A stretch of 64,000 nt of DNA from an uncultured Chloroflexia bacterium (GTDB lineage Bacteria > Chloroflexota > Limnocylindria > Limnocylindrales > CSP1-4): assembly GCA_963696405.1 (NCBI GenBank), contig CAVOJY010000003.1, positions 66,407 through 130,406 on the forward strand, written 5' to 3'. Below are positions 53,173 through 62,408 of the stretch, piece by piece. The position numbers and the translations under genes were made by a program. Within the stretch, counting starts at the first letter, position 1. The number at the start of each line of letters is the position of its first letter. The notes below the pieces were generated by a model. The model was not told the DNA's origin and did not search any database. It saw nothing but the letters and a program-made list of their open reading frames with translations.

Positions 53173-53661
53173 ATGACCCTGCACAAGGTGACGCGCGCCC
53201 ACCACGCGCACCTCATGCCTCACGTCGATGCCCTGCTTGTCATCGCCGAGATGATCGGCAAGCGGCCGGTCGCCGAGGTCCAGGCCAAGCTCGACGACGA
53301 GTACGAGTTCATCGTTCAGCAGCTCGTCCCGCACATGGAGACGGTGGAGAAGTCCGTCTACCCCGAGCTCCAGCGCCTCCTCCAGAACCCCCGCGCGATG
53401 GCGCCGATGGAGCGCGAGCACAAGGAGGTCCGCCGGCTGATCGGCGAACTCGGAACGCTTAGCGGCCAGATGCATGGCGGAGGACTCGGCCACGGCCAGA
53501 TGCTCCAGCTCCGCCGCGTCCTCGTCCGCCTGTTCGCGATCCTGAAGGTGCACCTCGCCGAGGAGGAGGAGTACACCCCGATCCTCGAACACAACGTGAC
53601 GCCCGAGCGCGCCGAAGCGCTCGCCGCGTCGATGGAACACGCCGTCCGGGAGCAGCTCTAG
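53173..53661 (+). CDS. Hemerythrin (HHE cation-binding) domain protein
   Basis: HHAHLMPHVD..., PHMETVEKSVYPEL, MEREHKEVRRLI and LKVHLAEEEEYTPIL. Confidence 0.8.
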   Translation: MTLHKVTRAHHAHLMPHVDALLVIAEMIGKRPVAEVQAKLDDEYEFIVQQLVPHMETVEKSVYPELQRLLQNPRAMAPMEREHKEVRRLIGELGTLSGQMHGGGLGHGQMLQLRRVLVRLFAILKVHLAEEEEYTPILEHNVTPERAEALAASMEHAVREQL

Positions 53662-53701
53662 CAGCGAGACACCCCGGGCGGCATCCCGCGGAGGGCGGCC
53701 G

Positions 53702-54070
53702 ATGGCGGAACGGAAGCTCCTGATCGTCGTGACGAGCGGGCCGGAGGACCCGCGGCGCTGCGTCACGCCGTTCCAGGTGGCGGCGATCGGGGCCATCATG
53801 GAATGGGACGTGGACATGTACTTCACCATCGGCGGGGCTCGCCTGCTGAAGCGCGGCGTGGCCGAGACCATCCAGCGCGAGCACGGGGGCAAGACCGTCG
53901 GTGAGTGGCTTCACGAGGCCCTCGACCTCGGTGTGAAGATGTACGTCTGCACCAATTCCATGGAGCTCAACGACGTCACCCGGGAGGACCTCCTCGAGGG
54001 CGTCGAGCTGGCCGGGATCGCCACGATGCTCACGATGGCCGACGAGGCGCGTATCGTCCTGACCATCTAG
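53702..54070 (+). CDS. DsrE/DsrF-like family protein (COG2044-type), copy 2
   Basis: KLLIVVTSGPEDPRRCVTPFQVA...VKMYVCTNSMELNDV... Confidence 0.8.
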   Translation: MAERKLLIVVTSGPEDPRRCVTPFQVAAIGAIMEWDVDMYFTIGGARLLKRGVAETIQREHGGKTVGEWLHEALDLGVKMYVCTNSMELNDVTREDLLEGVELAGIATMLTMADEARIVLTI

Positions 54071-54090
54071 ACAAGGATCAGGAGGCTGGA

Positions 54091-54459
54091 ATGGACCGCC
54101 AGAAACTCGTCATCTTCCTGCTGGTCGGCCCGGACAACCCGCGTCGCTGCGTCACGCCGTTCCTGGTGGCGACGGCGGCGCTGGCTGCGGATTGGGACGT
54201 CAGCATCTTCTTCGCCTGCGACGGCGTCCTGCTGCTGAAGAAGGGCGTGGCGGAGAAGGTGTATGCCATGGAGGTCGGACGCCCCCTGTCGGAGTTCATG
54301 AGCGACACCATGGAGCTCGGGGCGAAGATGTACGCGTGCCCGCCGGCGGTCCAGCTGCACGACATCAAGCCGGAGGATTTCATCGACGGGATCGAGTCCG
54401 CCGGGGCCACCTCCCTGCTGATGGAGACGAAGGAGGCCGATACCGTCCTCACGATCTGA
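54091..54459 (+). CDS. DsrE/DsrF-like family protein (COG2044-type), copy 3 (tandem paralog)
   Basis: KLVIFLLVGPDNPRRCVTPFLVA...AKMYACPPAVQLHDI... AGGAGG SD. Confidence 0.8.
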   Translation: MDRQKLVIFLLVGPDNPRRCVTPFLVATAALAADWDVSIFFACDGVLLLKKGVAEKVYAMEVGRPLSEFMSDTMELGAKMYACPPAVQLHDIKPEDFIDGIESAGATSLLMETKEADTVLTI

Positions 54460-54465
54460 GACGGG

Positions 54466-55128
54466 TCAGAGGCCCGAGCTCGTGTCGCGCATCGAACGGC
54501 GCGGCGCGGCGCGCGGTGAGCGGGTCGCCGGGTCGAGCCCGGACCCGCGACGTCCGACCTTGATGGCCGCGCGCCCGGGCAGCTCGGGCATCCCTGCCGG
54601 TCGCGGCGGGATCACGTGCGAAACCCGTTCGGTCGCGCCCTCCCGCGGCGCGAGGAAGACCTCGGCCGCGCCCGAGACGAGGGGCCGGACCATGGCGACC
54701 TCGTCGCACGCCTGCCGCAACGGGCACGCGGCGCAGTCCCCCCAGACCTTGTGGTAGAGGAGCGCGCGGTCCACGGCCGTGAACCCGTTGCGGGCGAAGA
54801 ACGGTTCGACCCGCGTGAGCGCAAACAGGTTGCTGATCCCGTACCGGGCCGCCTCGTGGGCGACGGCCTCCACCAGCCGGCGTCCGTATCCGCGACCCTC
54901 CGCCTGCTCCGAGACCGCGAGCGAGCGGATCTCGGCAAGGTCGTGCCACCAGATGCGGAGCGCGGCGCAGCCGACCACCTGCCCGGTGCTGTCGGCCGCC
55001 ACCCAGAAGTCGCGGACGCGGTCGTAGATGTCGGTCAGCGGACGTGGCAGGAGCAGGTCTCGCGACGCGTAGCTGTGGACCAGGGCGTGGATGGCCGGGA
55101 CGTCGTCGGCACGGGCGCGGCGAATCAT
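54466..55128 (-). CDS. GNAT acetyltransferase (short ArgA / N-acetylglutamate-synthase-like) with low-complexity C-terminal tail
   Basis: MIRRARADDVPAIHALV...VVGCAALRIWWHDLAEIRSLAVSEQAEGRGYGRRLVEAV...FFARNGF. The last ~55 aa are R/P/G-rich and may reflect a displaced stop. Confidence 0.7.
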   Translation of the reverse strand: MIRRARADDVPAIHALVHSYASRDLLLPRPLTDIYDRVRDFWVAADSTGQVVGCAALRIWWHDLAEIRSLAVSEQAEGRGYGRRLVEAVAHEAARYGISNLFALTRVEPFFARNGFTAVDRALLYHKVWGDCAACPLRQACDEVAMVRPLVSGAAEVFLAPREGATERVSHVIPPRPAGMPELPGRAAIKVGRRGSGLDPATRSPRAAPRRSMRDTSSGL

Positions 55129-55225
55129 CGGGCGGTCCTCATCGGACGCTGATGGTCGCACGGACGGCCGTTGCCCGCCCGCGGCGCAGCGCTCGTGCGC
55201 GCTCCGATGCTGCTGCTCGCCGGGT

Positions 55226-55603
55226 TCAGTACTCGAGCACCGGGACGCCGAACCGCTCGAAATCGGCGCCGTTCCGTGTCACGACGGTAGCGCCCATCCG
55301 CCAGGCCGTGGCCGCGATCAGCGCGTCGCCAACGCCTCGGCGCGACGTCTGGCCGAGCTCGAGCCGCCTCGCTCCAGCCCACCCTGCTGCCTCCGGGTCG
55401 ATGGCAACGTATTCCAGGGCCTGGAGCAGCACGCGCGCGTCCTCGCGCTGTTCCTGGGTGCCGCCGGACAGGGCCTCGCAGGTGACGATGTCGCAGGTGT
55501 AGAGATCGCCGGTTTCCTCGAACAGCCGCCGAACGAGATCGAGCGCGCCCCGGTTGGCGCCGACGTGGTCGATGATGACGGTGGTGTCGAGGAGGTAGCT
55601 CAT
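55226..55603 (-). CDS. vapC: PIN-domain toxin VapC
   Basis: MSYLLDTTVIIDH...CDIVTCE...DALIAATA...VVTRNGADF. PIN acidic residues in the expected positions. Confidence 0.9.
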   Translation of the reverse strand: MSYLLDTTVIIDHVGANRGALDLVRRLFEETGDLYTCDIVTCEALSGGTQEQREDARVLLQALEYVAIDPEAAGWAGARRLELGQTSRRGVGDALIAATAWRMGATVVTRNGADFERFGVPVLEY

Positions 55604-55851
55604 TGCCCGTCCTCGCGCTGCTTGGCGTCGGCCCAGGGGTCCCAGTCGCCCTCACGCATGGAGCGGACCCAGCGGTAGACCTCGTCGGCGTCCATGTGGC
55701 CCGGCTTCCCGACCATCGAACCCGCGGTCTCCTCGATGGCGCGCTTCAGCCGGTCCCGCTTCACCCGGTACGCAAGCGCCTCGGCGACGTACGCGCTCCG
55801 GCCGCGAGGACCGGCATATTGGTCAACCTGGGCGAGCAAGTCGGCGGGCAT
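55600..55851 (-). CDS. vapB: Ribbon-helix-helix antitoxin VapB
   Basis: MPADLLAQVDQYAGPRGRSAYVAEALAYRVKRDRL. ATGA overlap with vapC. Start is ATG 55851 or GTG 55857. Confidence 0.8.
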   Translation of the reverse strand: MPADLLAQVDQYAGPRGRSAYVAEALAYRVKRDRLKRAIEETAGSMVGKPGHMDADEVYRWVRSMREGDWDPWADAKQREDGQ

Positions 55852-55990
55852 CGTCACGTTCGTTCGGATGACCCGGGGCCGGGCGGCCGGCCCCGGAGCA
55901 CGGGCTCTCGCGGAGTGTGTATCGTCATGTGCGGACGATAGCACACTCCCTGTATGCGAAAGTCGACGATCCGGCCCTGGCCGGTGACGC

Positions 55991-57241
55991 CTACCCCGCG
56001 TCGGCGACGCTCGTCGGCAGCGTGCCGACGAGCGGCTTCGTCCACGACCAGGCGCTGCCCTGGCGGGCCGCCTCGGTCCGCAGCGGGAGACCCCAGAGGC
56101 GGATGAAGCCGACGGCCGCCTGGTGGTCGAAGGAGTCCCCCGTGTCGTACGTGGCCAGGGAGCGGTCATAGAGCGAGACCGGGCTGCGCCGGCCCACCAC
56201 CACGGCCGACCCGTGGTCGAGGAGCAGGCGCACCTCGCCATTCACCACCCGCTGCGAGGACATCACGTAGTCGCGGAGGTCGCGGTGAAGCGCGGTGAAC
56301 CAGAGGCCGTCGTACGTCGCCTGCGACATCTCGTCCGACACGAACCGGTTGAAGCGCAGCTGCTCCTTCGAGAGGGTGAGGCCCTCCAGGGCGCGGTGTG
56401 CGGTGTGGAGCGCGACCGCCGCCGGCGCCTCGTAGATCTCGCGGCTCTTGATGCCGACAAGGCGATCCTCGACATGGTCCACCCGCCCCACCCCGTGCGC
56501 CCCGGCGACGGCGTTCAGGCGATCGACGAGCTCGACCGCGCCGAGGGCCGCTCCGTCGAGGCCCACCGGCACGCCGCCCTCGAAGCTCACCGTCGCCTCG
56601 ACCGGATCGGGTGCGGCGGCCGGATCGACCGTCCACTCGTAGACATCGGCGGGAGGCCGGGCCCACGGGTCTTCCAGGATGCCGGTCTCGATCGAGCGGC
56701 CCCAGATGTTGTTGTCGATCGAGTAGGGCGATTTCTTGGTGATGGGGATCTCGATGCCCCGGGCGAGTGCGTACTCGATCTCCTGCTCGCGGGTGAGGCC
56801 CATGCCCACCCGCATCGGGGCGATCACCTCGAGCCCCGGGTCCAGGGCATGGACGGCCACGTCGAAGCGGACCTGGTCGTTGCCTTTGCCGGTGCACCCG
56901 TGGGCGACCGCGTCGGCACCCTCTTTCTGGGCGATCTCCACCAGGAGCTGGGCGATGAGCGGCCGGGCGAGCGCAGTGGCCAGGGGGTAGACGCCCTGGT
57001 AGAGCGCGTTCGCCTGGAGGGCCGGGTAGCAGTAGTCGGTGACGAAGTGCTGGCGGGCGTCCACGACGTACGCGCGGCTCGCACCGGCGCTGACGGCGCG
57101 CTTCTCGACGCCTTCGCGAAGGGAGCCGCCGCCCACGTCGACGGTGAGCGTGACGACGTCCACGCCCATCGTCTCGCGGAGCCAGGCGACGGCGACCGAG
57201 GTGTCGAGTCCTCCGGAGTAGGCGAGAACGACCTTGCGCAT
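55991..57241 (-). CDS. argG: Argininosuccinate synthase
   Basis: MRKVVLAYSGGLDTSVAVAWL...HGCTGKGNDQVRF... Confidence 0.95.
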   Translation of the reverse strand: MRKVVLAYSGGLDTSVAVAWLRETMGVDVVTLTVDVGGGSLREGVEKRAVSAGASRAYVVDARQHFVTDYCYPALQANALYQGVYPLATALARPLIAQLLVEIAQKEGADAVAHGCTGKGNDQVRFDVAVHALDPGLEVIAPMRVGMGLTREQEIEYALARGIEIPITKKSPYSIDNNIWGRSIETGILEDPWARPPADVYEWTVDPAAAPDPVEATVSFEGGVPVGLDGAALGAVELVDRLNAVAGAHGVGRVDHVEDRLVGIKSREIYEAPAAVALHTAHRALEGLTLSKEQLRFNRFVSDEMSQATYDGLWFTALHRDLRDYVMSSQRVVNGEVRLLLDHGSAVVVGRRSPVSLYDRSLATYDTGDSFDHQAAVGFIRLWGLPLRTEAARQGSAWSWTKPLVGTLPTSVADAG

Positions 57242-57355
57242 TTGGGAGACTCCTTCCGGGATGTGGGCTGGCGGGGCGACGGCAGGCGCGGTGCTGACGC
57301 CGGGGCCGCGGCCGACGGCCGGTACGGGCCGTGCCGCGGACGCTGGCTCCCGCCG

Positions 57356-57877
57356 TCAGCGGGTCGGTTCGGCAGGGAGGCCCTGCCAGCTACGGAAGCG
57401 GGTCAGCCACCGCTCGAGCCGCTCCTCGTCGGCAAAGAGAACCAGGACGGTGTCATCCCCGGCCAGCGTGCCCTCCTGCTCGCGAAGGGTCGACTGGTCG
57501 ATGCCCCGGGCCACGGCCTGGGCGCTGCCGATGGGCCCCCGCAGGATGAGCGAGAGGCCGCTGCGGCCGACGGTCACCGGGTTGGTCTCCAGGAGGCGGC
57601 GCAACCGTTCGTCGGCGCTGGGGTCGTCGCGAAGGCCGAACTCCTGCGGGGTAACGTACACGTGGTCGTGGTCGCGCGGGACCTTGATGAGGCCCAGCTC
57701 GGCGACGTCGCGCGAGACGGTGGCCTGGGTCACCGGGAAACCCCGCTCGGTGAGCATCTCGGCGAGCTCTTCCTGGCTGTGGACGGCCCCGCGCCGGACG
57801 AGCTCGAGGATGAGCTGCTGGCGCGCGCGCTTCGCGGCGGGGCTGACGACGGTCATCGCTCTCGCACCTTCCTTCAC
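57356..57877 (-). CDS. argR: Arginine repressor
   Basis: RQQLILELVRRGAVHSQEELAEMLTERGFPVTQATVSRDVAELGL...GTLAGDDTVLV. Start is GTG 57877 (GTGA overlap with argB) or ATG 57856. Confidence 0.9.
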   Translation of the reverse strand: MKEGARAMTVVSPAAKRARQQLILELVRRGAVHSQEELAEMLTERGFPVTQATVSRDVAELGLIKVPRDHDHVYVTPQEFGLRDDPSADERLRRLLETNPVTVGRSGLSLILRGPIGSAQAVARGIDQSTLREQEGTLAGDDTVLVLFADEERLERWLTRFRSWQGLPAEPTR

Positions 57878-58752
57878 GCTCCGGGGGTCGGCCCGACGCC
57901 GGGCGCGGCAGACGGAGTTGATGGCGGAGCCGCGGCGCGAAGCCGCGTCCCGAAGCTGGGATCGCCGAGCGCCCGGCCGAGGGCGTCGGGGTCGGATGAG
58001 TCAGCCACGATGGCTTCCGTGCCCGGGTCGTCGCCCACCGCGCGAAGGGCGGTGCGGACCTTGGGGATCATGCCGCCGGCGATGACGCCCGATCCGATGA
58101 GACGCTCTGCCTCGTCGGCGGCGAGGTGCGGGAGCCGCTGCCCATCGGCACCGCGAATGCCGTCAACGTCGGTGAGGAGGACGAGCTGCCTCGCGCCGAG
58201 GCCACGGGCCAGGCCCGCGGCGACGTCGTCCGCGTTGACGTTGCAGACGATCCCGCTCTCATCGAGGGCGAGCGGCGCGACAACCGGGACGCGGCCCGCC
58301 CCGAGCAGGAGCCGGAGAAGGCCGTCGCGTGCACCGGTCGCGGTGGCCACCAGGCCCTTGCCGGCCAGTCGCTCCGCGACGATGATCCCGCCGTCGACTC
58401 CAGACAGGCCCACGGCGTCGCATCCGCGCGCCCGGAGGGCGGCGACCAGCTCGGTGTTGACGACGCCGCGGAGGACGGCGGCTGTGACCTCGAGCGAGTC
58501 GGCGTCAGTGACGCGGAGCCCTTCCTCGAACCGGGTGGGGACGCCGAGGCGTTCGAGCCACGACGTGACACGCTTGCCGCCGCCGTGGACGACGATGACC
58601 GGGCGCTCGTGGGAGAGTTCTGCCACCTTCGCGAGGACGTGCTCCTGGCCGGCGATCGTGGTGCCGCCGAGCTTCACGACGATGAGACCGGCCGCGACGG
58701 CGTCCGGCGCCCGGGGCGTCCCTGACCGAGCGCCGGCCAGCTGCGGCGTCAC
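57874..58752 (-). CDS. argB: Acetylglutamate kinase
   Basis: IVVKLGGTT...VIVVHGGG...RVTD...NVNADDVAAGLA. GTG 58752 overlaps the argJ stop (GTGA). Confidence 0.9.
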   Translation of the reverse strand: MTPQLAGARSGTPRAPDAVAAGLIVVKLGGTTIAGQEHVLAKVAELSHERPVIVVHGGGKRVTSWLERLGVPTRFEEGLRVTDADSLEVTAAVLRGVVNTELVAALRARGCDAVGLSGVDGGIIVAERLAGKGLVATATGARDGLLRLLLGAGRVPVVAPLALDESGIVCNVNADDVAAGLARGLGARQLVLLTDVDGIRGADGQRLPHLAADEAERLIGSGVIAGGMIPKVRTALRAVGDDPGTEAIVADSSDPDALGRALGDPSFGTRLRAAAPPSTPSAAPGVGPTPGA

Positions 58753-60038
58753 GTGGAGTACTCCGAGTTCTCGCGCACGTACGCCTCGGTGAGGTCGCAG
58801 CCCCATGCCTCGGCGGTCGCGTCGCCGAGGCCGAGGTCGAGGTCGATGGGAACCTCCGCGGCTGCCATCGCCCGCCTGATGGCGAGGGCGTCGAACGGCA
58901 CCGGCTCACCGGCGTACACGGTGGTCCCGCAGATCGCGATCCGCAGCGCCTCCGGGCGGAGCGCCACGCGGGCGCCGTCGGGTCGGCGCGCGTTCCCGGC
59001 CGCCGACGCAACGCGGCCCCAGTTGGGGTCCCGGCCGTGGACGGCCGCTTTGAGCAGGTTGCTGCTGATGACCGATCGGGCGATGCGTCGCGCGTCCACG
59101 AGGTCGACCGCGCCCGCCACGCGGCAGGTGATGAGGGCGGTCGCGCCCTCGCCGTCGGCCGCCTGCTGGCGGGCGAGCGACCGGCACACCGCCGACATGG
59201 TGGCGCCGAGCTGCTCCGCCTCGGGGGACCCGGGCTCCACCGCGGCGGCGCCGGCCGCGCCCGAGGCCAGGGCGAAGACCGTGTCGTTCGTCGAGGTGTC
59301 CCCGTCGATGGAGAGGCAGTCGAAGCTGCCGGCGACCGACCGTACCAGGAGTTCCTGCAGCGACGCCGGTGAGGCGGCCGCGTCGGTGAGGATCACCGCG
59401 ATCATGGTGGCCATGTCGGGATGGATCATGCCGACGCCCTTGCCCACGCCGGTGACGCGGACGGTGACGGACTCCCCGGAGGGACCGGGCAGCTCGATCA
59501 CCGCCGTTGCCGCCTTGCGGCGGGTATCGGTCGTCATCAGCGCGTCCGCGACGGCCGCCAGACCCTCGTCATCGGCGCGCAGGCCATCCCGTACGAGCGC
59601 AGCGGTCGCGGACGTCACCTGTGCCACCGGGAGCCGCGTGCCGATGAGCCCGGTGGAGGCCGCGAGCGTTTCGCGCCGCGCGCAGCCCAGGGCCGCGGCG
59701 AGGCCGTCGGCGACAGCCTTCTGATCGGCGTCCCCGGCAGGGCCCGTCGCGGCGTTCGCACACCCGCTGGTGACGATGACGGCCCGCGCCAGGCCGCCGC
59801 TTTCGGCGAGGTGGGCGCGGCTCAACCGGACGGGCGCCGCGGCAAACAGGTTCTTCGTGAACGTCCCCGCGGCCGAGGCGGGTCCCGGCGTGGCCACGGC
59901 AATGACGGCCAGATCGGGCCGCCCACTGACCTTGATGCCTGCGGTTGTCGCGCCGGCGACGAACCCGAGCGGGATGGCCGGTCGCTGCTCCACGACGGAC
60001 CGACCGGCCTGGCCCGCGGCCCCACCGGGATCGGTCAT
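58749..60038 (-). CDS. argJ: Bifunctional glutamate N-acetyltransferase / amino-acid acetyltransferase
   Basis: GFVAGATTAGIKVSGRPDLAVI...MATMIAVILTDA...TSTNDTVFALASG. ATGA overlap with argC. Confidence 0.9.
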   Translation of the reverse strand: MTDPGGAAGQAGRSVVEQRPAIPLGFVAGATTAGIKVSGRPDLAVIAVATPGPASAAGTFTKNLFAAAPVRLSRAHLAESGGLARAVIVTSGCANAATGPAGDADQKAVADGLAAALGCARRETLAASTGLIGTRLPVAQVTSATAALVRDGLRADDEGLAAVADALMTTDTRRKAATAVIELPGPSGESVTVRVTGVGKGVGMIHPDMATMIAVILTDAAASPASLQELLVRSVAGSFDCLSIDGDTSTNDTVFALASGAAGAAAVEPGSPEAEQLGATMSAVCRSLARQQAADGEGATALITCRVAGAVDLVDARRIARSVISSNLLKAAVHGRDPNWGRVASAAGNARRPDGARVALRPEALRIAICGTTVYAGEPVPFDALAIRRAMAAAEVPIDLDLGLGDATAEAWGCDLTEAYVRENSEYST

Positions 60039-61165
60039 GGGTACAGGGGGAGTTGATCGAGCCCGGCCGTCTCAGGCAGCCCGAACGCGATGTTCATGGC
60101 CTGGACCGCCTGGCCGGCCGCGCCCTTGACGAGGTTGTCGATGACCCCGATCGCGAGGATCCTGCCGCTTCGCTCGTCGAGCCGGACGAACAGGCGGGCG
60201 AGGTTGCTGCCGGTGACGGCCTTCGTCGCCGGCGAGAGCGCGGCGACACGGACGAACGGCTCGTTCTCGTAGGCGTCAGCGTAGAGGTCGTCGAGCTCGG
60301 CCTGGGTCGTGAGACGCGCCGGGCGGACGTAGCACGTGACCAGCATTCCCCGGGTCATCGGCATGAGGTGCGGCGTGAAGATGAGGCCGGCCAGACCCTC
60401 CGGCGCCACGCCCAGGTCGCGGAGCTGGCTTCGGATCTCCGGCAGGTGGCGGTGGCCTCCGATCCCGTAGGCGCGGACCGACTCGTTGGCCTCGCCAAAG
60501 AGCATCTCCACCTTCGGCTCGCGGCCGGCGCCGCTCACGCCGCTCTTGGCATCGATGACGATATCTCCCACGAGGCCCGCCTGGGCGAGCGGCGCGAGGG
60601 TGAGGAGAGCGGCCGTCGGGTAGCAGCCGGGAGAGGCCACGAGGCGAGCCGCCCGGATGGCCTCGCGGTGGACCTCCGGCAGCCCGTAGACGGCGGCGGG
60701 GACGGGCCGGCGGCCGTCGGTCGCCGGGCGGCCGGGTCCCCCGGGGAGGAGCTCGGGCGCGGGGTGGTCAAGCCCGTAGAACTCCCGGTAGTCGTTCGCA
60801 TCCGGCAGGCGGAAGTCGGCGCCGAGATCGACCACGCAGACGCCGCGAGCCACGAGGTCCGGCGCGATCGAGGCGGCCTGGCCGTGCGGCAACGCGATGA
60901 ACACCACGTCCATCTCGCCTGCGTCCGGGAGCGTGCTGTCGATCCGGTGGCCCGTCTCTGCGAGATGCGCAAAGGCCTCGCCGACCGGGAGTCCTTCACG
61001 GTTCCTCGCGGCAAGCCCGGCGATCTGCACGTCCGGGTGCCGCTCGAGGAGCCGGACGAGCTCGGCTCCCACGTAGCCGGTCGCCCCGAGAATCCCGGCC
61101 CGGATCGCCTTCACGCCGGGCGGGATGACAGGCGGAGCACCGTCCCAGGGCTTCATGGACCGCAT
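60035..61165 (-). CDS. argC: N-acetyl-gamma-glutamyl-phosphate reductase
   Basis: AGILGATGYVGAELVRLLERHP...ASPGCYPTA. Start ambiguous (61165, 61156 or 61225). Confidence 0.9.
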   Translation of the reverse strand: MRSMKPWDGAPPVIPPGVKAIRAGILGATGYVGAELVRLLERHPDVQIAGLAARNREGLPVGEAFAHLAETGHRIDSTLPDAGEMDVVFIALPHGQAASIAPDLVARGVCVVDLGADFRLPDANDYREFYGLDHPAPELLPGGPGRPATDGRRPVPAAVYGLPEVHREAIRAARLVASPGCYPTAALLTLAPLAQAGLVGDIVIDAKSGVSGAGREPKVEMLFGEANESVRAYGIGGHRHLPEIRSQLRDLGVAPEGLAGLIFTPHLMPMTRGMLVTCYVRPARLTTQAELDDLYADAYENEPFVRVAALSPATKAVTGSNLARLFVRLDERSGRILAIGVIDNLVKGAAGQAVQAMNIAFGLPETAGLDQLPLYP

Positions 61166-61202
61166 GACTATACAGCGGCGTGTATGCCCCTGCAGGTCCC
61201 GG

Positions 61203-61868
61203 TCAGAGCGCCTCGATCGCTGCACGCAAAGGGCGGAGCGTCGCGAGAATCGCGTCGGGTCGCGCGCCGAGGTCGTCCTCTGCGGATTGGGATCGATTGA
61301 TCCAGAACGTGCGGAAGCCGAAGCGGGCTGCGCCTGCGGCGTCCCAGTAGTTCGACGAGACGAACGCGATCGCGCTCGCGGGGACGCCCAGCCGCAGAGG
61401 CCCCAGCCCGTAGACCGCCGGGCTCGGCTTGTACGTCGCCGCCTCGTCCACGCTGATCACGCAGTCGAATAGTGGATCCAGTCCCGCGTTGCGGACCGCC
61501 GTGTCGAGCATCGCGGGCGATCCATTGGAGAGGACTGCGAGCCGGTAGCCTCCGAGTGACAGAAGGGCATCGGGTACATCGGGGAACACGTCAAGTCGCA
61601 GGTACGCTCGCATCAGCTCCTCGCGCGATGCCCCGGGTGACAGCCCGACGATGCCACATGCGGACAGCAGTGCCGACTCGGTGATGCTCCAGAAGTCCGT
61701 GTAGCTGCCCATCAGGCTGCGCAGCCACGTGTACTCAAGCTGCTTCGCGCGCCAGACCCGCCCCAGCTCGGCTCCGCGACCCGGGAACACCGCCTCGCAC
61801 GCCGCAGTCACGGACGCAAGATCGAACAGGGTCCCGTAGGCGTCAAAGACGACGGCCTCGATCATCAT
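61203..61868 (-). CDS. Haloacid dehalogenase type II (HAD superfamily)
   Basis: MMIEAVVFDAYGTLFD...LSNG...KPSPAVY...SSNYWDAAGA. Confidence 0.8.
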   Translation of the reverse strand: MMIEAVVFDAYGTLFDLASVTAACEAVFPGRGAELGRVWRAKQLEYTWLRSLMGSYTDFWSITESALLSACGIVGLSPGASREELMRAYLRLDVFPDVPDALLSLGGYRLAVLSNGSPAMLDTAVRNAGLDPLFDCVISVDEAATYKPSPAVYGLGPLRLGVPASAIAFVSSNYWDAAGAARFGFRTFWINRSQSAEDDLGARPDAILATLRPLRAAIEAL

Positions 61869-61879
61869 GGAGCGCCGGT

Positions 61880-62365
61880 CTACTCGCCGCCCACGTTGCT
61901 GACGCCGGCGCCCTCCGGGCCGGTGACCACGACCTCGGCCCGGTGCTCGCCGTCGATGTTGCGAACCACGTACCGGTGAGTGATCCGCGCCACGCCGGTG
62001 GCGATCATCGCGGTCACCGAGCAGTACCTCGTGGCCGACAGCTCGATCGCCCGCGCCACGGCGGCGGGATCCAGCGGGTTGCCCGACACGCGGTGTTCCA
62101 CGACGATGTCGGTGAAGACCTTCGGGTGGGCTTCGCGCTGCTGTGCTTCCACGAAGACCTCGTAGGTGGCCACGTCCTGCCGCTTCTTGCGCAGGATGTC
62201 CGCGACGTCCATGGCCGTGCAGCCGCCGAGACCCACGAGCGGAAGCTCGCTCGGGCGGACTGCCGTGCCGCCTTCTTCGCTGTCCATCGCCACCCGGTGG
62301 CCCGAGCCCGCCTCGCCGGTGAAGCGGGAGCCGCCTCCCCATGTCACGAGCGCCGTCTTGATCAT
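61880..62365 (-). CDS. OsmC family protein
   Basis: LVGLGGCTAMDV and SATRYCSVTAM, the two conserved Cys contexts. Confidence 0.8.
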   Translation of the reverse strand: MIKTALVTWGGGSRFTGEAGSGHRVAMDSEEGGTAVRPSELPLVGLGGCTAMDVADILRKKRQDVATYEVFVEAQQREAHPKVFTDIVVEHRVSGNPLDPAAVARAIELSATRYCSVTAMIATGVARITHRYVVRNIDGEHRAEVVVTGPEGAGVSNVGGE

Positions 62366-62408
62366 CTGTCGGTGGCCCTCCTGCTCGGCGGTCCCGGTGC
62401 CGCCCTGA

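Noticed and set aside
56123-58792. 889-aa plus-strand ORF
   Set aside because: It is antisense to argG/argR/argB, all of which have canonical motifs on the minus strand.
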